Assembly: GCA_022565335.1 (NCBI GenBank)
Contig: JAIUMY010000003.1
Location: 1,861 to 65,860, forward strand
Direction: 5' to 3'
Source: Opitutales bacterium
Lineage (GTDB): Bacteria; Verrucomicrobiota; Verrucomicrobiia; Opitutales; T3Sed10-336
Length of the DNA stretch: 64,000 nucleotides
Shown: positions 18,358 to 26,723 of the stretch, piece after piece
How positions within the stretch are numbered: position 1 is the first letter of the stretch
How the letters are laid out: every line of letters starts with the position of its first letter
Program-made: the position numbers and the translations under genes
Notes under the pieces: generated by a model
What the model saw: the letters and a program-made list of their open reading frames with translations, nothing else
What the model was told of the DNA's origin: nothing
The model's database searches: none

Positions 18358-21300
18358 ATGTCCTTTTCTTTTTCCCGCTTCCTCCCTTCCCTGACCCGCC
18401 AAGCCTTTTTGGTGGCCTTGCTCACCGGGACCGGACTGTCCGCCCCGGGACTCCTCGCCGACCAGAATGCGGACTTCGTCGAGCGACTTTCCCCGGAACG
18501 ACAGAACCAACTTCTCAGCTTCGACCTGTTCGAAAATGCCTCCCTGCGCGAAATCGCCGCGCGTACCCAGGAAGAAACCCTTCGCCCGCTGATCGAGGAA
18601 ATTCTCAGCGTGGACAGCCTCTCGATAGGGGTCCGCGAGGTTGACGAAAATGATCGGGCCGAAATCCATCATCTTCTTCTCGACCACTTGAACAAACTCG
18701 AGCCTTACGGGGTCGAATACGTCGGCTCGCTCACCGGGATTGCCGCCGTTCCGGTTTCGGTGGACCGGCGCCTTGACCCCGACGAGCGCGAAGCCCCCTC
18801 GGCGTTGACCATTGGCGAGGAACAAATCACCGTCCACCCCCTCTGGCCCAACGGTCCGATGCCCAGTCTTGCCCCCAAAGAGGGAATCACCGGAAAACTC
18901 GTCGACATTGGCTCCGGCCGCTGGAGTGATCTGAATGGAAAAGACCTGCGGGGCAATATCGCGGTAATGTCCTTCCGGGGCGGGAACAATTTCGAACGGG
19001 CCTTCTACCTCGGAGCCCGCGCCATCCTGATCGTCGAGGACAATAACGTGGATATGGAAAACGCTGAACGGCTTTTCCGTCACACTCCCCTTCCCTACCC
19101 GCGCTTTTATCTACCCCGCGCCGAGGGCCAGGCATTGTTGGAGCAAATCAACCAATCCGAAAATCCCATCGAAGCAACCCTGAACGGAGGGCAAGTCATT
19201 GAAAACCGGCCCATCGAATCGATCTTCGCCTTTCTCCCCCCCGACGAGGAAAGAACTCTGGAAGTCGGCGAAGATACTCACCTTCGTCTCATTGCCGACC
19301 AATTCGGAGTCTCCACACGGGATCTTCTGCGAGCCAACGATAAGACCTCCCCAAACGTTACCGAGGGAGACGAAATTATCATTCCCGGCCGCACTGATAT
19401 TTTCACCATTCCCGAAGGAGACCTTATCAGTCGTCTGGCGAATCGCTACGGCACGACCCCCGACGATTTCCGGGAGGCCAATGATTGGGACGAGGGTCAA
19501 ACGTTGCAGCCCGGAGACTCCTATCTCGTTCCCAACCGCGAAGACCCCTTCGTTATCACCGTCAATATCGATACCGTCTCGGTGGTTCCCGACCTGCCCC
19601 ACGGTGCCCACCAAGCGAAAAATATCGCTTTTGCCCTGAATACCATGGAACACCTGGCGACCAGTGAAAACAGCTGGCGGCGCCGGGGCATTCTCTTTGC
19701 CTTCATGGACGGCGATACGCAGGGGGGCATCGCCAGCCGGAAGTTGGCGGAGCACTATCAACTCTACCACAATCGTCTGCGTACCGCACACGGCGAAGAT
19801 CTGGCCGCGGAAATCGAAAATTATGAGGGGGCCATGGCCTTCTTCGATCCGGATCGTTCCATACAGGATATGGACCGCGAATATGCCATGTGGTTTGCTA
19901 ATGATTGGATCGTTCCGCGCCTCGAGGATGTCCGTATTGACATTGGGGAAAAACGGGTCGCCCTCATTAACGAACTGCTGGAAATGCCCGATCCGGATCC
20001 GGGACCAGGGGAAATTCGCCATCCGGACCTGGAGAAAATGTCCCCTGCGGAAATCGAAGCACTCCGCGAAGAGCGCCGCGAACTGCGACAGCGTCAGGCT
20101 TATCAGGAAAATCGTCGGGACCGGTTACAGGAACTGCGTTTACAAACAATTGAGCAACGACGCCTGAGTTTCCAAGACCGTCTGGAAAGTTTCCATGATA
20201 TCATTACGGAGAACCCGGACACCAATTTCCCGGACCGGATAGCTGATGCGATGAAGGGTGAATCCTTTGCCGCTCTTTTCGGGGAAACAGATATGACCTT
20301 CGAGTCTCTGAAGGAGCGTTTCCTGGTGGAGATGGAGGAAGAGAAGGAGGCCCAAGCCTACCTGCTGAACAACTTGGATTTGGCCGAAAAGCTCTATCCC
20401 ATCCTGCATCCCGCGGACGAAGAAGACCCCCGTTTGGGATGGTTCCTCGACTTATCCAGCGACAGCCGCACCATCGGCCTCCCAGCTCTGGACAGTTCGG
20501 ATTTCCGGGGCCGGCTCCCCGGTGACGGCGCAAATCATGGACGGGATTTGGAAAACTCCTTCCAGTACGCTCTCTCTCTCGGCCACATCCGCGCGGGTTG
20601 GGAAGAACAATGGAGCTTTTACCGCCGGGAGGATTCCCTGGACTTCCCCGTTCTCCCTGCCCGCCAAGCCCCCATCTATGGAGATTTCTGGGCCGCCCTC
20701 CGAGTCGGTGTTCTCCCTATGGGGAATTTTAATGACCGCCTGTCCCGCTTGGACACCCCGCACGACACCCTCGAAAATATCAATTTTGAGAACTTTTCCA
20801 TTGTCGCGCGGAATGCCCTTTTCCTGATGCAACTCGGGGCGGAAAGCCCTACCGACTCCAGCGGTCCCTCCCGCATGAGCCGCCCGCGCTTTACCCGCAT
20901 CGGGGGACAGACCGTGGAGGCCAGCATCCGCTCCGCCCTCGACGCCGAAGACCCGGTGGGAGGAACCATCGTCCATTATCCGGGAATCCGCACCCAGGAA
21001 GAGCGCAACAACCACAACACCAACGCCTATCGTGGAACCCGTAGAAGTTTTCAACGGGTCAGTATGCTCAACGGACGATACCGCGTCCCCTTGGAAAACA
21101 TCGGTTTTTCCAACATGATGAACCATATTTATGCCTATCATCTGAACCGGGATCGGGCTATTTTTGATAAAATTGCCACCCAAGGTCTTTTGGGTGCCGC
21201 CACCGAAGCCCAGACACCCGCTTTCCAGATGATCGAAGGCCGCGAGGCGGAGAAAAAAATCATTCTGGTGGATGTCGCCCCTCTGGTCTTTTTTGCGGGC

Positions 21301-24039
21301 AGCGAACCGCATGATTATCAAATTTTAGGAAGTGGAAACCACGACCTCCGGGTTCTTGAAGCGGTCACTCGAGGCAACCCGCGGGAATATGCGCTGGAAA
21401 ACCCGGTGCGCCATTTTGCCGAACTCGAAACCCTCGGCAACATTATCTACATGAACGAAGGGGGCCGAGCTTCCATCCTGTACCAGCGAACCGGCCAGAA
21501 TATGTTTATGCTGGTCGGGCGTTTGGTCGAAGACGAGCGCTTTGGCGGCACCCGTCGGGGGGAAGGTATTCGGATTGGCCCCACCGATGACGGAGAGGAG
21601 AATACTTTTTACCCCTTTACCGCCATGCGCGTCGCCGAACAGATGCTGGACTTGGCCATTGACCGGCAGGACACCTATGCGGACTTCGGGATTCGGTCCC
21701 AATCGATCGCCCGCGCCATCGCCCGCAGCCAGGAAAAATTAAATGAGGCCTATGCCTTCTACGAAGAAAAAGAATGGCAAAAGGCCGAAGGCGCAGCCCG
21801 GGAGTCCTGGGGGATGCTGGTCAAATTCTACCCCCGCATCCTCGGACTGGGCCGCGAGGCGGTTTTCTCTGTTATCATGATCATGGCGATCCTGTTGCCA
21901 GCTTCCTATTTTCTCGAAAAACTTCTCATTGGCAGCAAAGCCATCATCGCCCAGATTTTTGGCACCAGTACCCTCTTCGCCCTGGGGACGGTCTTTTTAT
22001 GGCTGTTCCATCCGGCCTTCTCCATCGCCGTATCGCCCTTTATTGTGGTGATTTCTTTTACCATGATCCTGATGTCGATCATCGTGTTGACCATCTGTTA
22101 TCAGCGATTCGAGACCCTGGTGCGTCGGGCCCGAATTGCCGGCGGTGAGGTCGAAGGCGAGGAGATCAGTTTGGTGAGTTCTCTGGGCACCGCCCTTTCC
22201 ATGGGGGTTTCCAATCTGAAAAAACGCCCTTCCCGGACGTTCCTCACCTCCCTTACGGTAACCGTTCTAACCTTCTCCATTGTCGCCTTCGTCTCGGTGA
22301 CCGGCGAAGAAACCGTCTCCGAGCGTTCCGTTTCGCTCGACCACAATGTCGAAGGACGCACCATTGAAGCCATGGAGCCAGCCTTTGAGGGCATGCTCTT
22401 TCGGAGTTTCAACTGGCAATCGCTCACCTCCTCCTTCGTCGATGCTGTTGAAACGGAATTCGGTTCCCATCTCCCCACTACCACCCGCGCCTGGTACATT
22501 GAGCGGGAAGGAGGCAATAATGCCGCCGTTGAGGGAGCGAACCAAGTGGAAATACGCTTGGGTGACCGCCAGCACATTTCCACGGGTATCATGGTCTTCG
22601 AACCCAACGAAACCGAATTCAGTGGCCTGCACCGGGCCGTATCCAACGCCGAATGGTTCCGGCCCGCCCAATGGGAAGAAGGCATCGCCCCGGATCGTAA
22701 TGTCATCATCCTCCCCGACAACGCCGCCCAGCGCCTGGGAATTACCGAAGAGCACATTTTCGACGAAAACGGTCAACGCCGTCCCGTCGGGGAATTGCCC
22801 TCGGTTATCATGCAAAACCAGCAATGGTCGGTCATCGGCATTCTTGACGTGGAAAAAGCCAATCGTATCCGCGATGTGAACGGCCGCAGCCTTGCCATGG
22901 TGGACTACGTCCGCTCCAACATGACCGGTAATGCCCCCGGCGAACTGATCAACGAAGATCCGGTTTCCTACCACTTTGACTGGGAACGTCTGGTTATCGT
23001 TCCCATGGCCGCGCGCACCGATGTCAACGCCCGCCTGCGCTCAGTGGTCGTACAGTTCCAGGAAGATACCGATGTCGAACAGATCTACCATGATGTAGCC
23101 CTTCGTTTGAACCGACCCTTCTTCGCTCATCACGATGAAAATCTAAGCTTCATTACCACCCGTACCCAACGTGACATCGGAGGCATCGCCAAAATCATCG
23201 TTCCCATCATTCTCTGCGTGCTCATTGTTCTCAACACCATGATGGGCACCGTGGACGAACGTCGAGGGGAGGTAGGTATGCTCGGCGCGGTCGGTCTATC
23301 GCCGAAACAGATATCCTTCCTTCTCCTCTCGGAATCGGCGGTGTACTCGGTCATCGGCATTCTCTTCGGGATGTTCATAGGCCTTCTCTTTGCCAACAGT
23401 ATTCCCTTCTTCAATGAAGTTCTGGGGGTCGCCTTCCTCAGCGAGTTGTCCTTCAACTTCACTTCGGTGATTTCCATGGGATTGGCCCTGGGAACCGGCG
23501 TGATCGTTATGATCGCCACCCTGATCCCCGCCAAACGGGCCGCCACTCTGGCCGCTCCGAGCGGGATGTCCAACTGGGAATTGCCGGAGCCTGCAGACGA
23601 TAAGAACATTTACTTTGAACTGCCCTTCACCCTCACCCGGGGCAATGCAGTGGGGATGTCCGCCTTTTTCCGGCAGTTTCTGCTCAATCATACCGACGCC
23701 AGTTCGGAAGACTTCACCTGCCGCGATATTCGTCTGGAAAACCGGGTGACCGAAGAGGGGGGGCCTGCCCTGCGCATTGAATCCTCGATGTGGCTGAGTC
23801 CCTACGACCTTGACGTGGCCCAGCACTTTATCATGGATATCGTTCCCACCAAGAACCCCGGAGTTTACGCGGTGGAATTGATTCTGGAGCGTACCTCGGG
23901 TGCCGAGGATGCTTGGATCCGCATCAATTACCGCTTTTTGAACAATGTCCGACACCAATTCCTGCTTTGGCGGAACCTTTCCCCTGAAGAGCGCAACAAC
24001 TTCATCAAACGCGGTGCTGAACTGCTGCAAGACGACTGA
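18358..24039 (+). CDS. 1893-aa fusion protein: signal peptide, PA-like domain, 2x LysM, degenerate M28-like module, coiled coil, unknown ~470-aa region, TM cluster, FtsX/MacB-type permease module, ~165-aa C-terminal domain
   Basis: The gene is a single uninterrupted ORF that starts 3 nt after the previous stop. The PA-like segment is GKLVDIGSGRWSDLNGKDLRGNIAVMSFRGGNNFERAFYLGARAILIVED. The FtsX TM1 context is SNLKKRPSRTFLTSLTVTVLTFSIVAF. The FtsX core is VLNTMMGTVDERRGEVGMLGAVGLSPKQISFLLLSESAVYSVIGILFGMFIGL. Confidence 0.8.
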   Translation: MSFSFSRFLPSLTRQAFLVALLTGTGLSAPGLLADQNADFVERLSPERQNQLLSFDLFENASLREIAARTQEETLRPLIEEILSVDSLSIGVREVDENDRAEIHHLLLDHLNKLEPYGVEYVGSLTGIAAVPVSVDRRLDPDEREAPSALTIGEEQITVHPLWPNGPMPSLAPKEGITGKLVDIGSGRWSDLNGKDLRGNIAVMSFRGGNNFERAFYLGARAILIVEDNNVDMENAERLFRHTPLPYPRFYLPRAEGQALLEQINQSENPIEATLNGGQVIENRPIESIFAFLPPDEERTLEVGEDTHLRLIADQFGVSTRDLLRANDKTSPNVTEGDEIIIPGRTDIFTIPEGDLISRLANRYGTTPDDFREANDWDEGQTLQPGDSYLVPNREDPFVITVNIDTVSVVPDLPHGAHQAKNIAFALNTMEHLATSENSWRRRGILFAFMDGDTQGGIASRKLAEHYQLYHNRLRTAHGEDLAAEIENYEGAMAFFDPDRSIQDMDREYAMWFANDWIVPRLEDVRIDIGEKRVALINELLEMPDPDPGPGEIRHPDLEKMSPAEIEALREERRELRQRQAYQENRRDRLQELRLQTIEQRRLSFQDRLESFHDIITENPDTNFPDRIADAMKGESFAALFGETDMTFESLKERFLVEMEEEKEAQAYLLNNLDLAEKLYPILHPADEEDPRLGWFLDLSSDSRTIGLPALDSSDFRGRLPGDGANHGRDLENSFQYALSLGHIRAGWEEQWSFYRREDSLDFPVLPARQAPIYGDFWAALRVGVLPMGNFNDRLSRLDTPHDTLENINFENFSIVARNALFLMQLGAESPTDSSGPSRMSRPRFTRIGGQTVEASIRSALDAEDPVGGTIVHYPGIRTQEERNNHNTNAYRGTRRSFQRVSMLNGRYRVPLENIGFSNMMNHIYAYHLNRDRAIFDKIATQGLLGAATEAQTPAFQMIEGREAEKKIILVDVAPLVFFAGSEPHDYQILGSGNHDLRVLEAVTRGNPREYALENPVRHFAELETLGNIIYMNEGGRASILYQRTGQNMFMLVGRLVEDERFGGTRRGEGIRIGPTDDGEENTFYPFTAMRVAEQMLDLAIDRQDTYADFGIRSQSIARAIARSQEKLNEAYAFYEEKEWQKAEGAARESWGMLVKFYPRILGLGREAVFSVIMIMAILLPASYFLEKLLIGSKAIIAQIFGTSTLFALGTVFLWLFHPAFSIAVSPFIVVISFTMILMSIIVLTICYQRFETLVRRARIAGGEVEGEEISLVSSLGTALSMGVSNLKKRPSRTFLTSLTVTVLTFSIVAFVSVTGEETVSERSVSLDHNVEGRTIEAMEPAFEGMLFRSFNWQSLTSSFVDAVETEFGSHLPTTTRAWYIEREGGNNAAVEGANQVEIRLGDRQHISTGIMVFEPNETEFSGLHRAVSNAEWFRPAQWEEGIAPDRNVIILPDNAAQRLGITEEHIFDENGQRRPVGELPSVIMQNQQWSVIGILDVEKANRIRDVNGRSLAMVDYVRSNMTGNAPGELINEDPVSYHFDWERLVIVPMAARTDVNARLRSVVVQFQEDTDVEQIYHDVALRLNRPFFAHHDENLSFITTRTQRDIGGIAKIIVPIILCVLIVLNTMMGTVDERRGEVGMLGAVGLSPKQISFLLLSESAVYSVIGILFGMFIGLLFANSIPFFNEVLGVAFLSELSFNFTSVISMGLALGTGVIVMIATLIPAKRAATLAAPSGMSNWELPEPADDKNIYFELPFTLTRGNAVGMSAFFRQFLLNHTDASSEDFTCRDIRLENRVTEEGGPALRIESSMWLSPYDLDVAQHFIMDIVPTKNPGVYAVELILERTSGAEDAWIRINYRFLNNVRHQFLLWRNLSPEERNNFIKRGAELLQDD
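19258..19533 (+). other. Two consecutive LysM-like (peptidoglycan-binding) modules inside the 1893-aa ORF
   Basis: The first module, aa ~301-343, reads LEVGEDTHLRLIADQFGVSTRDLLRANDKTSPNVTEGDEIIIP. The second, aa ~348-392, reads FTIPEGDLISRLANRYGTTPDDFREANDWDEGQTLQPGDSYLVP. Both fit the LysM pattern x-V-x-x-GD-T/L-x-x-IA-x-x-y-g-x(4-6)-l-x-x-N-x(6-10)-G-x-x-l-x-iP. Confidence 0.7.
23173..23538 (+). other. FtsX-family 3-TM core (TM2-TM4) of the 1893-aa protein
   Basis: This segment covers aa ~1606-1727. Its helix-loop pattern and the E-R-x-x-E-v-G-x-L-x-A-x-G motif match FtsX-domain permeases. It is preceded by a ~290-aa extracytoplasmic segment between TM1 and TM2, as in MacB/LolC. Confidence 0.75.
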
Positions 24040-24050
24040 TTTAGACCACC

Positions 24051-26111
24051 ATGGCTGACCAATCTCCACCTCCTGAAGCTCCCAAAAAGACAGGGATCGA
24101 GAACGAAGAGTTCTTTGATGCCAAGTTCTCCATTGAGGCCATCCAGAACGAGCCGTATGAAGACGGCTTCACCTGGCGGACCATTGTCGGAGCGTTTTTC
24201 ATTTCCTTCGTCATGTTGCCGGGCCTCATCTTCATGGGCTTGATGATCGGCTACGACATGGGGACCGCCGCCGAGTGGGTGACCATCATCCTCTTTGTCG
24301 AAGTCGCCCGCCGCTCCTTCCTGACCCTGCGTAAACAGGAGCTGTATATGCTCAAATACACCGCTGGTCAGCTCACCCACATGGCGGGGGGGATATCCAT
24401 CGGAGGGGGGATTTTCGGGATGCTGGTCTATTTCCGCTACCTGCGGAACTCCGATGCTTTTCACACCTTCGGCATTGCCCACCAAGTTCCGGATTGGGTC
24501 GCGCCATACGGCGATGCCGCCTACAATGTTTTCACCCATCCGGTCTGGTATCCGGCGATTATCGTCACTATCGCCTCCATGACCCTTTCCAAGCTCACTC
24601 AGTTGAGTTTGGGCTTCCTGGCCTACAAAGCCACCGCCGATGTGGAGAAACTTCCCTTCCCGCTCGCGCCGATTGCCGCGGAAGGGGCTATCGCCCTGGC
24701 CGAAACCAGTCAGGACAAAAACAAACGGGGCTACCGCCAATACTGCTTCTCCCTGGGAGCGATCATCGGCGCGGTATTCGGGATCATTTACGTCGGGGTG
24801 CCCACCTTGAGTAATGCCTTCCTCGACCAGACCCTGACCATTATTCCGATCCCCTTCCTGGATTTAACGACCACCATGGAACGGTATCTGCCGACGGCCC
24901 CAATCGGGATTACTTTGAATCTGGGATTGATCTTCTTCGGCTTCGTGCTGCCCTGGCGGGTCTGTATGGGCATGGTCGCCAGTACCTTTCTGTTCCAGCT
25001 TATTCTGAATCCTTTTGTCTTCTACCCGCTAGGCTGGCTCCCCACCTGGACCCCCGGCAAATCGGCCATTCAAACGAACGTTTCCAACGCCCTCGACCTC
25101 TACCTCTCCATGGGGATCGGGATCGCCTTTGCCATTCTCTGCGTTGGCCTCTACGGCATGGGCAAATCCTGGATGAAGTACCGGAACAATAAGGATCAGG
25201 ATGAGGACGGCTTTGATATTAAGGCCTTCTGGCGTCAGGACAAACCCCGGGGAGACGTCAAAACCTGGCTGGCCATTGGCGTCTATTCAGGCGTTTCGCT
25301 TATTTACGTCATTTTCTGTAACTACCTCGTCAACGGCAACCTCCCTCCCGATGTGGAACCCTTCCCCATTTACTGGTTGGTTCTCTTTGCCTACGTCTGG
25401 ACCCCGATGAACACCTACATCAACGCCCGGATGTCCGGTATTGCCGGTCAGCACGCCGGGATTCCCTTCGTCACCGAGGGTGCCATCTTCGCCTCCCAGC
25501 ACCGCGGCGTGGCCATCTGGTTCGCCCCGCTGCCCATTGCCAACTATGGTAAGTTTGCCGACGAGCTCCGGGAAACCCAGCTGACCCGGACGAAGTTCAC
25601 CTCGATCCTCAAAGCGGAACTATTGGCCTTCCCCTTGTTGATCATCGCCTCCTTTATCTTCTGGAGCTATATCGTCACCCTTGGCGATATTCCCTCCGAC
25701 CGCTATCCCTTCGTGGAACAATTCTGGCCGCAGTATGCCACCATGCAGGGGGTCTGGGCTTCCTCCATGCAGGAGGGGCAGACCCTCCTCTTCCAGTCGT
25801 TGAAACTGGAAGTCATTATCACTAGCTTCATCGGATCCATTGGGCTCTTCAGCGGCTTCAGCGCAGCGGGACTGAGCCACCAGTATATCTACGGAGGCAT
25901 TACCACGGTCACCCAATTGCCCCACATGGCGATTTTGATTTTCGTCGGCGCCCTTCTCGGCCGCTTCTTCTTCATGCGGAAGTTCGGCAAGGAACGCTGG
26001 ACCAATTACACCCCTATTCTGGCCGTCGGCTTCGCCGCCGGAATGGGGCTCACGGGGATGCTTAGCATCGCCATAAACTTCCTCTGGGCCTCCATCGGGG
26101 CCTCCTTCTAA
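24051..26111 (+). CDS. 686-aa polytopic membrane protein, OPT-superfamily-like (paralogue of the 969-aa protein)
   Basis: It has about 14-16 predicted TM helices. FTWRTIVGAFFISFVMLPGLIFMGLMIG, KLPFPLAPIAAEGAIALAE and the C-terminal G-rich helices resemble oligopeptide-transporter (OPT) family hallmarks as I recall them. Confidence 0.55.
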   Translation: MADQSPPPEAPKKTGIENEEFFDAKFSIEAIQNEPYEDGFTWRTIVGAFFISFVMLPGLIFMGLMIGYDMGTAAEWVTIILFVEVARRSFLTLRKQELYMLKYTAGQLTHMAGGISIGGGIFGMLVYFRYLRNSDAFHTFGIAHQVPDWVAPYGDAAYNVFTHPVWYPAIIVTIASMTLSKLTQLSLGFLAYKATADVEKLPFPLAPIAAEGAIALAETSQDKNKRGYRQYCFSLGAIIGAVFGIIYVGVPTLSNAFLDQTLTIIPIPFLDLTTTMERYLPTAPIGITLNLGLIFFGFVLPWRVCMGMVASTFLFQLILNPFVFYPLGWLPTWTPGKSAIQTNVSNALDLYLSMGIGIAFAILCVGLYGMGKSWMKYRNNKDQDEDGFDIKAFWRQDKPRGDVKTWLAIGVYSGVSLIYVIFCNYLVNGNLPPDVEPFPIYWLVLFAYVWTPMNTYINARMSGIAGQHAGIPFVTEGAIFASQHRGVAIWFAPLPIANYGKFADELRETQLTRTKFTSILKAELLAFPLLIIASFIFWSYIVTLGDIPSDRYPFVEQFWPQYATMQGVWASSMQEGQTLLFQSLKLEVIITSFIGSIGLFSGFSAAGLSHQYIYGGITTVTQLPHMAILIFVGALLGRFFFMRKFGKERWTNYTPILAVGFAAGMGLTGMLSIAINFLWASIGASF

Positions 26112-26135
26112 GCTTCCTAATTTCCCTTTTTACCC

Positions 26136-26723
26136 ATGGCCCACAAAGAATGGCATATTGATCGTCTGAAGATGAAACCCGGCCTGGTTTGGCAGATGGC
26201 CGTGAACAGCCTGAAAGTCCGGATCAGCCGGACCACGCTGACGCTCCTCACCATCGCCACCTCCAGCGCCTTCCTCATCTACCTACTCACCCTCCCCCGG
26301 TCCGATGATCTGGCCGATCAGCAAACCTGGTATCTGATGCTCGGCCTTTCCGTTTTGGTAAGTGCTGCCGGGGTCTTGAATACCATGCTTATGTCGGTCA
26401 GTCAGCGCTACCGCGAAATCGGCACCATGAAGTGCCTTGGGGCCCTCGATAAGTTTGTCCTTTTTACCGTGATGGTCGAATCGGCCATCCTCGGCTTTGT
26501 CGGTGCGGTCATCGGGGTTATTGTCGGGTTGACCATCTCCATCTTGCTCGGCCTGCTGGAATACGGCTTTAGCCTCTTTCAATACCTCCAATTCGACTGG
26601 ATTCTGCTGAAAATCCTTGCCGCCTTCGCGCTGGGTATCTTTTTAACCACCTTCGGCTCTTCCATCCCTGCGGTTATCGCTTCCCGCATGCCGCCGATGG
26701 ACGCCATGAGAGGAGAAAAATAA
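26136..26723 (+). CDS. Minimal (195 aa) FtsX-family permease lacking an extracytoplasmic domain
   Basis: TM1 (TLTLLTIATSSAFLIYLLTL) is separated from TM2 by only ~11 aa (PRSDDLADQQT). The FtsX core motif is LNTMLMSVSQRYREIGTMKCLGALDKFVLFTVMVESAILGFVGAVIGVIVG. A TAATG overlap links it to the next ATPase. Confidence 0.75.
   Translation: MAHKEWHIDRLKMKPGLVWQMAVNSLKVRISRTTLTLLTIATSSAFLIYLLTLPRSDDLADQQTWYLMLGLSVLVSAAGVLNTMLMSVSQRYREIGTMKCLGALDKFVLFTVMVESAILGFVGAVIGVIVGLTISILLGLLEYGFSLFQYLQFDWILLKILAAFALGIFLTTFGSSIPAVIASRMPPMDAMRGEK

Noticed and set aside
18262-24740. Long antisense ORFs opposite the giant FtsX gene and its neighbours. Examples: 18262-19083, 19111-20022, 20452-21321, 22267-22974, 23296-24069 and 23928-24740, each 218-303 aa.
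   Set aside because: They lie entirely opposite long, motif-supported plus-strand genes. They have Arg/Gly/Pro/His-rich compositions typical of shadow frames in GC-rich coding DNA. They contain no recognisable motifs.
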